The position numbers and the translations under genes are program-made. 64,000 nucleotides of DNA. It comes from Cyanidioschyzon merolae (lineage: Eukaryota). Positions 32,858 through 45,655 of the stretch are shown in pieces. Numbering within the stretch: position 1 is the first letter of the stretch; every line of letters begins with the position of its first letter. The notes under the pieces were generated by a model. That model had not been told where the DNA came from. It saw only the letters and a list, made by a program, of their open reading frames with translations, and did no database searches. Where the stretch lies: assembly GCA_000091205.1 (NCBI GenBank), contig AP006490.2; one strand, written 5' to 3'.

Positions 32858-33334
32858 TCATCGGTGACAGCGCTCGGTTGCATACCCTAGGATCAATGTG
32901 CTGCTTCTGGACGATTCCCTCGGGGATGAACCCATCGCCTGCACCCACAATCGGATGCTTTTCCATTCGATGCATGATTTAAGGGATTCAAGGTTGTCCG
33001 CGATGGAGCAAGTGCCGAAAAGCAACTGCTGGTTGGAGAACAAGTCGAGAAACCTGGGTCCGTCTACGTCCACCTCGTGCAAAGCGCGAGCACGCCCTCG
33101 ACTGCAGCCGACAGCTGCGATCACCGAACGCCGACTCCAAGACACGATTCCATGTACACAAAAGACACTTCGTTTTTCGACCGTATATTCCGTGACAGGA
33201 ATCATGGCGCTACTGTTCACTACCTTTCCGGCAATGATCAAGAAGAAGGGATCACTTGTCTTTCGAGCGGAGTCGATGATTTGACGAGAAAAGTTCACTG
33301 AACGTGCGGCATGTGCTTGTGAACAAGTCTCCAT
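32858..33334 (-). CDS. candidate small protein (158 aa), unknown function
   Basis: Genuine ATG in good context (ggtcccATGg). Protein-like composition with plausible beta-alpha segments (PFFLIIAGKVVNSSAMIPVTEYTVEK; RSVIAAVGCSRGRARALHEVDVDGPRFLDLF). No family recognised. Sits alone in a 3.1-kb ORF-poor region. Confidence 0.3.
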   Translation of the reverse strand: METCSQAHAARSVNFSRQIIDSARKTSDPFFLIIAGKVVNSSAMIPVTEYTVEKRSVFCVHGIVSWSRRSVIAAVGCSRGRARALHEVDVDGPRFLDLFSNQQLLFGTCSIADNLESLKSCIEWKSIRLWVQAMGSSPRESSRSSTLILGYATERCHR

Positions 33335-35220
33335 GGGACCAGGTCGAGAGGTTTCTTCGCTAGTTCAGCGACGCGGACAGATTCGACCACGGGTTGCCTT
33401 GCTGCTAGTCTACGGAACACTTGACGAGTGATGATTTGGGTGTGCGACACACAAGCAAAGGAGAAAAGTGGATGCTTGCGCCTATGCATTTGATTATAAT
33501 AGCGCTTATTTCAAGAGTCTTTTCTCGAGGGCACCGGGGATCATCTCGATCACTTGTCCATAACGAATTCCAGCGGTGTAGGATCCAAGGAGCCACACTG
33601 ACAACCATAAACCGGAATCCCGACACTCTCCATGAACCAGGACGCCCTGCTCGCTGTACGTCGACTGCCGAGGCAGTCCATCTGTAAAGTTCCAAGGACA
33701 AATCAAAAGCCAGGCAAAGCGTGAGCATTCCGAGCTCCGTTGCAAAGCGACACAGGTAGGGAAAAGGAGCACACGGTCTCTCGCCATCGACCTGGAGTAC
33801 TTGCACAAGACGGATAACGCGCCTCTCATGAACGTTATAGAGGCAGACAAAGCGTCAAGTCGCTGGCGCTCTGCGTACATACGGGCGGCGTCTATCATGG
33901 GCCCCGAAAGCCATTATCCATTCCGAATTCTGGGATCCGTGGTCAATCGAAACGTTTTGTCATCTGAAAATAAAATCTGTCAAGCACACGACGAGAACTG
34001 CAACCGTTGTGTTCGGGCATGTTTTCTCTAAAGTTATTTCGGTCCTGCGCCCTATGATTTAGAAACACTTTAGAAGTGTCTGCAGATCCGCTCATCTCGA
34101 GGCTCTACCAAACACAAGAATCGCTTGTGTTGAACAGACTCGGATGATCGAGTACCTCGCGATCGATACATCCATTGCCGTCTTGCACCCTTCCGTGGAC
34201 GTCCGGATGCCTCCGACGAACCATGCATGCAAGCATCGAACTTGGCCTCTCCACAGGCACCGATGTATTCAGGAACGTTGCTCACGCTCCATAAGCACCC
34301 ACGGAGGTGAACAAGAGGACCAGGTTCAGCGTAGGCGATGTTCTCGGCATTTAAGTGCGGCATTTTTCAAATAAGGATAGCGCACTCGATGCCAGCTGGT
34401 TCGGGAGTCAGCTCTCCGAATGATCTGGATATGCGGGAACCTTGGTGCTGCATAGAAAGCCTGTCCACTTCGGACAAAGGTCGCGGCGTGCAGAGAAAAA
34501 AAGTTCATATGGATTGGTCGTATTCCATGCATTCTCGAAATGCCTGGAGCGAACGCTGTCATGCCCTATCGCATGGCTTCTTGGCGTGTTCCTGCAATGC
34601 TCGCATCCTCTGACTCGATCGAATGATGCCGTTCCTGGAATCCGTGGCTGGCAAGTCTTAAAGTATCCTTTATTCCAAAGGTATCGGTTGCCATGGATAA
34701 GCCCGTTGTGTACCAGCGTTGCACGTGATTGGCACGCTGCCCTGCGTCACGTTCAAAGGTGCTGTTCGAGGCTGTTGGTGCGTTTCTTGTCCAGAGGTTT
34801 CGCGTCTGCTACGCCGACGCGCATGCGGACCGTATCCCAGTCGCGTGCCCGAGGATGTCGTGGTATTCATCGGGACGTACACAGCCATCAAGTATCGATA
34901 AAGCATGCGACGCACCAGAAACCAGGTCTGTGGATCTCAGCAGCCGAAGCTCGACGACACCAGCATATCGCTTTTACCCAGACGCCTACCGCACACAGCG
35001 CACTGGTGGAAAACGTAGCACACGACGACGTTGTGGACTTGCTCCCGACAGCTCCACCTGGGACCTGCTTTCCCAGATTGTAACTACCCAAGCGTTGCTG
35101 TCGGGACGCGGAGCTGAGCGAGTCTCGGCTCCTGACGCCTGCCTACCAGCGATCACGCGACATCGTCTCGTTTCTTCACTGTCGCCACTGAAGCGCTGAG
35201 CTCCCAATCGATCTGAAAGC

Positions 35221-36594
35221 TCACCGCATTCCCCGATCATGCAACAGGCGATGCAGCAGAATCGCTCCAGCCACACTAACATTCAGCGAGTCTACAGCGG
35301 CCAGCGCTGCATCCTCAGCCGCAACGAGTCCTCTTTCGATAAAAGCAAATGCGGTACATGCGCGTTCCACATTGGTGCGCAAGCCGTGACCCTCATTGCC
35401 CAACACCAGTATCGTCGGAGTGTGCAGCGCCAGCTCCGCACATGGCGTTACCGGGCGAGATGCTTGCGCGTGTCGAGGAGCGCCACCACCATCCGACAAG
35501 TGCTCACGAGTCTGCAAAATCATCCCAGATGTCGGTAGAGCAGTTCCCAGAACGCGCCATCCGTGGACACGATGGGCTTGTTCTAGAAATCGCGGCATGT
35601 TTGAGACAGCGTGCACTTGCATGAACTCCATGGCACCACTGCTTGCCTTGCTGACCGTCGCAGTCAGTCCAGCAGAGTTCTTCCTCGATACCATGACGCC
35701 ATCACAGCCGAAAAAATAAGCAGATCGTAGCAGGGCTCCCAGGTTTTGCGGATCCCAGACCTCGTCAAGTGCTAACCAGCACGGGTGACGCGGTTCATGG
35801 TTCTCGTTAGTCGGCGAGTACACCCGAGGCCTCGGCTCAAATGCCTCCGGAGATACCATCGGTACCGGTTCCAGAGCAGAGCACTCCAAGACAAAGCCCT
35901 GATGCGGTCGATTTCCGCACAAGGTGTTCAGCGTACCTTTATCGACGCGCTGAATCTTCACTCCCTGCTGATTCGCAGCGAGAAGAATCTGCTCTTCCAC
36001 TGCTTTTTTCGTTTCTCTTCGCGGGACCGGATATTGTTGTTCTTGATGCTCTACAGACACTGCCAACCTATCCAGCAGAAAGAGCTCGTAGAAATGCGCT
36101 CGCCGACGGGCGCTCAGCGCTGCGAATACCGGCGCCAGTCCATAGAGAAAGTCATGGCCGCTCTGCAGTTTTTCCTGCAACGGTGAAAGTACATCGCGCT
36201 GACGAGGAGGCCTTGCACCTGGTCCGCGGCGCCATTGCCGTTCCGTGAGCTCCGTTTCGGGCTTTGGAAACGAAGGCGCTCTGTCAGCAGAGCGCGGAAA
36301 CGGTGCACGTTTTCCGCTCCGCTGTTTCGGGACTTGCGGGCGCGGCTCCGACTCCGATGCAGCTGCGTACCAGCGAACGCGATAAACGCTTCGTGCGCGC
36401 AGCCTCCTACCTAAACCAGCACCAATGCCTCCAAAGCGCGAAGCAAGAACGGCTGGCGTCCAGCGATGAAGCCCCGCTATCCATGCAACCGCGGGATCCA
36501 TTCGTTGATCGAGCGAGACGCAGTGCTCGCTAGGCATCTTGCGGAATTTATCCCTCCAGTCAAACTCAGGCTGAGCGCAGAAGTTTCGCTCCAT
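35221..36594 (-). CDS. SpoU/TrmH-family RNA 2'-O-ribose methyltransferase (MRM1/Pet56-like, probably organellar rRNA Gm methyltransferase), about 457 aa
   Basis: SpoU motifs LVLGNEGHGLR and NVSVAGAILLHRL. SpoU_sub_bind-like LYGLAPVFAAL. Track start 36687 is GTG; first ATG at 36594 gives an Arg/Ala-rich presequence-like N-terminus (targeting is inference). Confidence 0.8.
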   Translation of the reverse strand: MERNFCAQPEFDWRDKFRKMPSEHCVSLDQRMDPAVAWIAGLHRWTPAVLASRFGGIGAGLGRRLRARSVYRVRWYAAASESEPRPQVPKQRSGKRAPFPRSADRAPSFPKPETELTERQWRRGPGARPPRQRDVLSPLQEKLQSGHDFLYGLAPVFAALSARRRAHFYELFLLDRLAVSVEHQEQQYPVPRRETKKAVEEQILLAANQQGVKIQRVDKGTLNTLCGNRPHQGFVLECSALEPVPMVSPEAFEPRPRVYSPTNENHEPRHPCWLALDEVWDPQNLGALLRSAYFFGCDGVMVSRKNSAGLTATVSKASSGAMEFMQVHAVSNMPRFLEQAHRVHGWRVLGTALPTSGMILQTREHLSDGGGAPRHAQASRPVTPCAELALHTPTILVLGNEGHGLRTNVERACTAFAFIERGLVAAEDAALAAVDSLNVSVAGAILLHRLLHDRGMR

Positions 36595-37031
36595 GGAAAC
36601 TGCTTTCAGTTTCGCACTAGAGCGGCCCGCTGAAGTATGCACCAGCGGGAAAGCGGGGGCGGTCTGACAACGGTGCAGCCGCTGCACGCTATACGGAGCT
36701 TCTCCAGACTCAACTTTGATGTACCGAGTGGAAACAAGGCACGCTGGAGAAACAAAGAGAAAGGTTTGCGTAACAGCGCAACTGAAGAAAAACAGCAGTC
36801 AATACGACAGCAAGCAAGCAAAGCGTTTCGAACGGTGCTGGTCGAGGAAGCCATATGTCGAGGGGGCGCTCTCAAGTCTGTACAAAGTAGTACAAAGCTT
36901 TGAGGACGTCGTTTGTCTCCTCGTTCGCATATACTCGCTGACGTTCGTGTTGGACCAGGTTGTTGACGGGGCGGAGGTGTTCACGATTCGGCAGGCATCA
37001 CCTATTCTGTAGCGTCCAACTGGACTGGAAC

Positions 37032-40000
37032 ATGTCCAGTGATAATGGAGCGGTACCTCGCGGAGACTCCAGCGAGTTCCAGGACGCAAACTGGCCGGCA
37101 GATGCCGCCCCAGCACTGAGCGGCTTTCTCTTTGGCAACGTCGACGCCGAAGGCCGTCTCGAAGCAGACTACCTCGATGCGGACGCGAAAGCCTCGCTGC
37201 ACGTCATAGCACCAATGGTGCTGCCCGACGATGCCGAGGTGTTCACTGTCGCTACAGCACGCGCGAGCAAAAACTTCAACGACGGACACGAGCTCGGAGC
37301 GGACCCGAGGGCCTCGAGTGCGCTCGGGAGAGGCGTGTCGCAGGTGCTCACCTCCGCTCCACTGAACGGGGATACTGGTCTGGTGCATGCTGCCTCCGCT
37401 GCGCCTGAGACCGAACAAGATCGAGTGAGGCCGCTGCGCTCGACCCCGTCGCTTGTCCAAGACAGGAGCGCGTCTCCCGAGAACCTCGACTTTTACGATG
37501 CGTCTGATCTCTCTGAAGACCTCGATACCAGTTTCGACTCCCCGGGATTTATGAAGCCCTCTTCGAGCGCTCCACAGCGGACGTTGGAAGTGGTCGTAGG
37601 GGCATCGGAGGGCGCGCTGCCTTCCGCTGAGAGCAGCGAGCATCAACACCGGCACGGAGACGAAAACGCGTATAGCCTTCATGAGCAAGCTGCTCGCGAG
37701 GCGCTGCTCTCCACGGACTATGACGCCCTAAGTGAAGGCGATGATGAAACGGGCGACTCGAAACTGAAGGTCGCCGAGCCCGCCAGACTCGGACCTGGAA
37801 CCTCATCTGCGGGCTCTGAACGAGCGTTGCTGTCGGCGGAGAGAGCGCCCCTGCAACCTCAACCGGCTGCGAAAGCCTCTTCGCCTCAACAGAATCTTTG
37901 CTCAGATACGGATATACCGCGTTTCACGCGCTTCCTTGTGCCAGAGGAGCTGGTGCATCCATTTCACGCCACGAAGCGGAAACGAATCCGCTGGCAGAGC
38001 AAGTCGACACAAGCAGATGATCCGTCCGAACGCCTGGTCGGTGAGGAGCTTCTCTTCCAACGACCAGAGGATCTCAGATGGATCCGTTTTCCCTATGCCT
38101 ACCTGATTTTAGACGACATGCAAGAGGTACAGGAGCTCTTGCGCAAGACGATCCACCGACGTGTCCTAGCGGGCCGCGCTGGTGAATCCAAAGCGAATAC
38201 CCGCCGCTGCACACCGCTGGTAGCTGAAGCGGTCACAGAGATAGCGTCCAGTCGTGAAGGTACTCCAGCGACACCAGCACACCAAGCCGTCGAGGCGCCT
38301 GTAGCGGATGCTCACCGCTCTAACGGGCGATTGGCTGCAGGGGAGCGCACGCGAGCCGCAGCACCTTGTGCTCGTCCACATACGACAAGCGCGGACGATA
38401 CCTGCGCTGCTTTTCTGTGGCAGCAATGGCAATGGGAGCAGGATGTCTGCTGGGAAGAAACCAACAAGTCCACAACATTGCGATATTTGCCGGCTTCAGA
38501 GCGACTCGAACATGACGCGCAGCGAAATGAAGCGCTTGTCAATGGCGCCTGGACGCAGCTGGTCGCCTGGGAAGGACCGGCACCTGTGTGGCAGCGCTGG
38601 CGTCATCAGCTGGGGAAGAAAACCACCAGCGTACTAGAACTAGATGAGCATGCGATTGCCATCAGCAGACGATTCAGCTGGCTGCATCTGGATGAGAATG
38701 ATCCTCAGCTGATTCTGTGTCGCGCTGCGAATCGGCTGTTAACACAATCAGCGCCGAATCTGTACCTGCCGCAGCAGTTAGGCCAGATAGAGTCCCTGCT
38801 CATGAATGCGTCCAACGATCGTTTTTACGGTATCGAGATGACCGGGCAAAGGCGACGGAGTGCCCGCACCGAGGCCCTCGCAAACTTGCGTCATGCACTG
38901 AAAGCGCGCCAGGGCTATACCTCGGCGTGGTGCTACGGCTACACGGAACCCCAGAGTTACTATCGACCGAATATCTTGCCGATACTCTGGCAGTTGTGCG
39001 GTCAGCGTGCGGTGCCGTTGCTCCTATTTGCGGCAAAGTCGGCGCCCTCGATGCTACCGCACGAGATGCGTGCCTGGGTCCCGAAGAGCTGGAGCGACCT
39101 CTCGGGCATTTCGCCCAAAGCAGGCGGAGATATTTACTTGTTTGAATATCCACTGGAAGCCGATCCTTTTCTGGTCCAATTGCCAGGTATGGCTAGTCGG
39201 CTGCTCACCTATAGTCGCCGTGCAGCTGACGACACGGTCTCGAATCCCAGCGAAGACCCCGATACCGTCTATCTTGCCGCAGACGACTTGCCTCCGCTGC
39301 ACACCGGAGACGTGCGCCCCGGTCAGGTGTTACGCGTCTATGAGAACAATGCGTTTGCGGCTCCGTTTGAACCCGTTTCGCCACCTCAAACGGACTTTTT
39401 GGTCGTCTGTTCCGCTCAGCGCGGATTATACGTACGTCCAATCAAGCAAGTCCTAGCGATCGGGCGTCTCGAGCCACGGAACCGGCCCAAGGTCATGATT
39501 CCCAATAGTGACCGCATGAAGCGTTTCGTGAAAAACAAGATAGAACTCGATGTAACTCGTGAGCTGATTCGGCGTGGCGATACCGGGGTCGAGCGCTCCG
39601 AGGTCATTCAGATGTTCCCGCGACGTCGGGTTTACCCCGAGACCACGATTGCGAGCGTGCTGCGCGAGACTTGCGACAATGCCCGGAACCGTTACGTTAT
39701 CAAGAAGAACTATGTAGAGACCGTATGGCCCAAACGTGAGCTCGAGTTGTTGCGTTTCGTGACGCCCGAGGAAACCTGCGCCTTCGAATCGATGGAAATC
39801 GGCTGGGAGCAGCTGTCTGCCAAAGGGATCACGATCTTTTCGAGCCCGTCTATGCAGGGAAACATCGTTGGCGGAGCCGAGAAAGCAGGTCTCGGAGCCC
39901 GAGGTATCGAGATTGCTCGCTACATTCGAGAGGAACTGGCCAAGACACGTTGGGTTCGCACTGAGGTGCTCGTGCGCGCTCAGAAGAGTCTCCAGTTCGC

Positions 40001-41228
40001 GCTGCGGAGTGTACTGAGTGCTGCATCCCTGGCGATGGATATCTTACGCGGCAATCCAGCTGCGGACGATCGACTCAAAACCATGTCGCGGGATGATGCG
40101 CTGCGGTTTTTGAAAGTGCAGTTCTCATGCAACCTGAACCCTTCCCAACGCGCAGCCATTGACGTTGCCGAGACCAGAGCTGCCACCGTCCGTCAAATTG
40201 CCCTTGAGAGAGCCCGTCAACGCCCGCTTGTACCGCTTGCTGTTCAAGTGCAACGTCTCATCGATGAACACGTCCAGACGGTACGGGCGCTCTCGCTGGA
40301 GCACCAGCTGGTGCTGCTACGTGAGGGATACCCCCGCAGCGCCACCGGTCGCCCTAGCGGCAGCGGCCTCAACAACAACATCGGCAGAAAAGCGCTGCAA
40401 CGCATGGAGAATTCTCGGGCAACGAACATGCCCAAACCTGCTGATGACTGGGAGGAGCGGCAGGAGCTGTCACGTCTGTTGGCCTCGCAGCGGCGGAGTG
40501 TGCCGGCTCCGATGGACTCGGGACTCTCCGTATCCGGTTCTGATCGGCGCTCAGAGGCGTCAAGCGCACCTGTGCAGTATGTGCGCAAGCGTCGCTTGAA
40601 GATCATCCGCCGAATCAACGGTCAGGTGCAGGTGCTGTATCTGGAAGATCCCCAGGAGATAGAGGCGTATCTTCAGCATCGGCGGATGCGTGAGGAGGCC
40701 CTCCGCACCGGCATTGGGGGCGGGATCGGATTCGCTGCTCGCAGTATGACACAGAGTCGCAAAGCAGGTAAGAAGGGAACCGCAGAAGAGCGTCTCCGGG
40801 AGCGCCTCGAAGAGTTGGCTGAAGCAGCGCGGCGCATCAACGCGTGGATGCTGGGGCCCACGACGGCGCTCGGTGCCGCCAAACCTGCAACAACAATGAC
40901 AACAACAACAGGAGCAGCAGGAGCAGCGACCAGTGCTTCTAATGGTGCAAGTACCGCTCAGAGCTCACACGCTATCGCGGAAGCGCTCTCTGGCGCCGTG
41001 CATACGATCCGAGAGTCCATTCGGATCAGCGGTGCCTCAACAAACCAGGCCGTAGGCACTCTGGGAGACACCGGGCGCCTGCAGCAGCGGCCTGCAGCGC
41101 CACCGGCAACGTCCATGAGAGCAGAGACAGGTGCTGCTTCTATGCAGCATCATCAGGCGGGTCTGTGGCTGGACGCGAGCGCCTCCAACTCGACCGATGT
41201 CTCTTGGTTGCGGGTGACACTACCAAAT

Positions 41229-41261
<33 letters not shown>

Positions 41262-42347
41262 GCAGGAACGCCTCCAGTAGCCAGTTTTCGCAGTGTAGCC
41301 GAACGCGACGGTGAGGCATCCCTACTGGAGCCTAGCCAGGCCGGGTTCCCCGCTGCGCACCGCAAGCCCGACACCATCGAGAGCGGTCAGCACGGAGACC
41401 AGATACCTTCTGTCGAGCACAGTGACCAGCAGGGAGCATTTGCGTGGCTCGCCCCGGATCGAGCGAATGCGCTCACCTCAGACCTGAGTCAGTCATCGAG
41501 CCGAAACGCTTCCCCGAAACCCTCATCACTCGTCACCAATGGCGCTGGTGCGCCCAGCCGCCTCAAGCTGCGCATTCCCGCTGCACTTGCAACCGAAGCG
41601 CCGGGGCTTTCTCAGGGAGCTCAGCTGCACGGCACTGCGGAGAGTACGAGTGGCGTGCCGGCACCGGCGCTGACTAGTGAAGCGCCCCCCTCATCCGGTG
41701 TGCCGCGCATTTTCATTTGGGCACCCAAAGATGAGCCTGAGGGCTCGCTATCCGCATCTACGCGGACGTCGAGCGGATTCGAAGCATCCACCGCCCTGGC
41801 GAAGGATACGACCCTCTGGGTGGAACAGGGCTCATCACCGCGACCTGGTCCCCGAGTTCGGGTCAGCAAACGTAGCAGCGGCAAAGTGCACCTGAACAAT
41901 ATTCTACGGGAGGTGGAAACCTGCGTTCGCGATGCCGAAGGCGTTGTTGTTGCCACCACGCCCTACATCTCTGTGGTGCGCGTACGTCCGGGTGAAGCGC
42001 TGCCCCCGGGCGGGCTCGATCGACCCGCCAAGCTTGCCGTAGCCGGGAACATCGACTTTATCAATCCGGTACGTGACGCTGCGTACCGCAAGAAAATACC
42101 GTTACCAAAGCAGATGTACTTGCAGAGAATACGGCGCAAATGTGAGGAGGTCGCCTATAATTCGGTGGACGAGTTCCTGTCGGATATGCGCCAGATTGTA
42201 GAGAATGCTCGTCAGTACCATACAGCTCCCGAAGCACACTGGGTCGTCCAACACGCCGAGTACCTGCACGAGGCAGCCGAGGAGGAGCTCAAGAAACGAC
42301 AACAGGATATCGACGAGGCGATTCAACGGGACGCGCAGGCACCCTGA
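37032..42347 (+). CDS. TAF1: TFIID subunit TAF1 (DUF3591 histone-acetyltransferase core plus C-terminal bromodomain), about 1771 aa
   Basis: PGQVLRVYENNAFAAPFEPVSPPQTDFLVV is collinear with human TAF1 [62 protein letters not shown] parallels [30 protein letters not shown]. C-terminal bromodomain (FINPVRDAAYRKKIPLPKQMYL...VENARQYHTAPEAHWV). Track start 36960 is TTG; first ATG at 37032. Contains polyQ (QQQQQQQQQQ). Confidence 0.85.
41229..41258 (+). repeat. (CAG)10 microsatellite encoding a polyQ tract inside TAF1
   Basis: cagcagcagcagcagcagcagcagcagcag read directly; translated NQQQQQQQQQQQP. Confidence 0.95.
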
Positions 42348-42904
42348 AGTTTTACACCCGTGTCAGATAAAAATGGGACACTGAACTGGTTGTTCTCTAT
42401 ATGGTTTTCCATGTCGTATCGTGGTTGTCAGATGCTCGGCCTCGACACCCATAAGATACCAGGACTGGTGTACCGTTTCGTACGCATGAGGATGCGCGGT
42501 TTTGTTTTGCGAGCGCTTTCTTCGACGCTTTGCCCCTGGCATTTTCAGAACGTCATCGGAATGGTGATGATTCGTGGCACCTTCGAGACCGGATTCGTCC
42601 AACGAATGAATTCTTAATCGATTGCATAGGTCGGGGCCTTCAGTGCTCCTCGTACCGTATGTGTAGCGTGTTCCATGCCACAGTTGCATCAAGTGTTCGA
42701 TCGTTCTGATTGCAGGCGCTTCGTGAGCGCTGGCACTCACGACGCTGCATCAACGAGACAAAGATTCTCGAACTTGTCCCTGAACGACTTTTTCACACCA
42801 AATCAGAACGAGCGTCCACCGAACTTTTCTGATAGCATTATCGATTCCATCGGAGAGGCGAGCGCTGCTCTTTAACCATTCGTAAACGAAACAAGATTCG
42901 TTAG

Positions 42905-42949
42905 CATCAGCAGCATCAGCAGCATCAGCAGCATCAGCAGCATCAGCAC
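42905..42949. repeat. (CATCAGCAG)5 nonamer microsatellite, intergenic
   Basis: catcagcag x5 in the TAF1 3' flank. The ADAADAADA minus-strand ORF (42750-43136) is an artefact. Confidence 0.9.
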
Positions 42950-43083
42950 CTGGATATCTGTCTAGGGATAAGCGCACAGGAGTTTCCGCCCCTACGGTTT
43001 CTAGGGTAAAGGTTCCTGGGCTCGGACTTGGCCTTGGGCGTGAATCAGCGCTGCGAACGATTCCAGTAGCGAGCGCTCTACCG

Positions 43084-43764
43084 CTACGGACGAATGTCGC
43101 GTAGAACGCTCGGCAAATCCCGAGGTACGCGCGCAAGCCGCGGTTTCCCTTTCGGTACCTGATTCATCATGAACTGCATCGCCTCCCATCCATCCTCTAC
43201 CGAATGCAACAGTATGCGCTTGCGTGTGTCGCGGAAAGAGCACTTGGCTGGGGAATCGCTCAGAAGAAGCCTGGGATCATAGAGAACGGCACCGGGCGCG
43301 AAAACGGAGGATGGCATCGAGGCGAACCCCGTGCACCCATCAAGTCCATGAAACGAGCGATGACCTGAGCCTTCTCGGATGCCAGGGCAGCACTTGGAGC
43401 AGTAGCTACGGTGACAACGCGGGAATAACTGACCCAGGTCAAGTGTCAGTGCTACGAGCAGCGCACCGGCGCTTGATCCATAGAAGACCACGCAAATGAC
43501 AAGCGATGCATCGATCGCAGCTTCCGCCTGTGCATGGTACTGGTCGACGACAGCCACAAGCGGCGATATCGGGACACGGAACCCTACCACGAGTATCTTT
43601 TCATTGCTGACGATGGAGCTGCTGGCACACGGGAGACCCGTCGTACCAGTAGCAGGAGATGCGAGAGACACCGAAAAAGCCCGATTATGCTGGTGCTGAA
43701 GACAACGGAACGAGGCATCAACTTGAGCTAGGACGCTGGAGTCAGCCAAGCTGACCCATTCCAT
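43084..43764 (-). CDS. hypothetical protein, about 226 aa
   Basis: Track start 43959 is GTG; first ATG at 43764 (MEWVSLADSSVLAQ). Alternating hydrophobic strand/helix pattern (KILVVGFRVPISPLVAVVD...IDASLVICVVFYGSSAGALLVALTLD) suggests an alpha/beta fold. A Cys cluster (CHRSYCSKCCPG) is present. No family recognised. Confidence 0.4.
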   Translation of the reverse strand: MEWVSLADSSVLAQVDASFRCLQHQHNRAFSVSLASPATGTTGLPCASSSIVSNEKILVVGFRVPISPLVAVVDQYHAQAEAAIDASLVICVVFYGSSAGALLVALTLDLGQLFPRCHRSYCSKCCPGIREGSGHRSFHGLDGCTGFASMPSSVFAPGAVLYDPRLLLSDSPAKCSFRDTRKRILLHSVEDGWEAMQFMMNQVPKGKPRLARVPRDLPSVLRDIRP

Positions 43765-44237
43765 TTTTTCTCTGCCAAGGACACAGAAATGAACGATGAT
43801 CAGCTGCAGGGCCGAACGCGCAGCACCATGTTCCTCGGTGATGTACCTGGGTATGCTGCAACAAATCAGCACGACTGGAGACTGCTCGCTCAAGGACGGA
43901 TCGTCGAAGCCATCCTTGTTCGACTTTTCGACGTCGTCGGATGCCTGAAACCTTTTCACAAGCGTGCGGCTCGCTTTGGAACCTCAGCTGTGCTGTGTTC
44001 AGCGGCTCGCGAACGCCTGCGCAAAAGCACGTTTCCTGAAGGCAGTCCAGAAATACAAGGACTAGGGAAACGTCGGCATCATCATCAGGAAGGTTTCGTA
44101 TTGCCATGCCATCTCCCGAGGCGCAGCGATGTTGTGCTCCATCGTCCGTCCCGTGCGCAATACCGTAGTGTTTCCGTTCAATACCCGCCAGGTTGCCGTA
44201 CTTAACTCGATGCGCTCCAGCATCATTTACCTCATGT

Positions 44238-44954
44238 TCACAGCTCTCCGTGTACATCATCGCTTTGAACTCCGTCTGGCGACAGTTCACCCGAGTCCAC
44301 GATGGTGACGAGTCGTTTCGGGGTTCCAGACGCCGATCCAACTGCCTCCAGCTGGGCAAGGACGCGTTCGCTCTCGGCACCTACGATCTTACCAAAGACA
44401 ACGTGGTGTCCATCGAGCCAAGGTGTCTCCTGGAACGTGATGAAAAACTGAGATGAACCCGTATGCGGACCCGCATTCGCCATCGAGACGTAGCCACGTC
44501 CTCGATGTCTCACGAGAAAGTTCTCGTCAGGTAACCGTGGTCGACCATCCGCACAGATACCTCCGGTACCGTCACCAGCAGTGATATCGCCCATCTGGAT
44601 CATAAACTTGGGAATAATGCGGTGACTGTGGCTTTGGCGGAAGCCAGTGCCCTTGCCCTTCCCATCCCCGACGCCTTGGTTGCGTGCGAGTCGCAGAAAG
44701 TTCTGCACAGTTCGCGGCGTCGTATCACCAAACAGACCTATTGTTACTCGACCTATACGCTCCGAATCAATCGCCATGTCCAGGTAAGCGTAGTGCGTGA
44801 TGCGTTCCCACTTGCTGCTCGGGTTACGCGGGCGTTCCGCACCTGCTCCAGCAGCGAGCACACAGCGCCCTGAAGGCAAGAAGCGCGTACAACAGACCAG
44901 TGCTACGAGCGTGCCTAGCAAGAACAGTTTGAAAAGTGAAGTGCCCGCTTTCAT
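44238..44954 (-). CDS. peptidyl-prolyl cis-trans isomerase, cyclophilin B-type with signal peptide, about 238 aa
   Basis: Cyclophilin core (GFRQSHSHRIIPKFMIQMGD, FFITFQETPWLDGHHVVFGKIV). Track start 44984 is TTG; first ATG at 44954 gives MKAGTSLFKLFLLGTLVALVCC, a signal peptide like ER cyclophilin B. Confidence 0.9.
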   Translation of the reverse strand: MKAGTSLFKLFLLGTLVALVCCTRFLPSGRCVLAAGAGAERPRNPSSKWERITHYAYLDMAIDSERIGRVTIGLFGDTTPRTVQNFLRLARNQGVGDGKGKGTGFRQSHSHRIIPKFMIQMGDITAGDGTGGICADGRPRLPDENFLVRHRGRGYVSMANAGPHTGSSQFFITFQETPWLDGHHVVFGKIVGAESERVLAQLEAVGSASGTPKRLVTIVDSGELSPDGVQSDDVHGEL

Positions 44955-45275
44955 GGTCCGCTCAGCGTTTCTCTGAGTTTGCAAGCGATGCGCTCCGAGT
45001 GATAAGTCGGCAGCTCTGCAACCTCGCGTAACCAGGGTGTGCTTGACGATTTGTTGACGCTGCGTCTGGCCAGTGCGAACGAACGTCGTTTTCTCCAGTG
45101 GACGTCGGCTGCCGACTCAGAGGGTTCCTGCGATGAACCGCTGGAGTGCACAAGGTATGGTGTGTTGTACGTGTGATCGATAAGACGCACACGAGAAGAG
45201 TGAAGGCGACGGAACCGCGGTAACCGCACTGGCGCACAACGTTACCGCTCGCAGTCGGCAACGCGAACGTTAACT

Positions 45276-45410
<135 letters not shown>

Positions 45411-45655
45411 GGGGTTTTGTCGTGCGCTTCTACTGCTGTAGGAGTCGGAGCGAGTGCTCCGGATACGACGAACCCGCACCCGCTTTTCCGGGCGGTTTCT
45501 CGTTGCGTGTACCTTTGTTGCGCTTCAAAAGCCGTCCTAATGGTGTAGGCACTAGCGTCTCGTGCTGGTGGCTAGTTGAGGTCAATGCAGGCAAGCAGTC
45601 TGCAGGACGGAATCAGGCATAGAGTCCTGAACGATACAGGACTTTACAGTACTGT

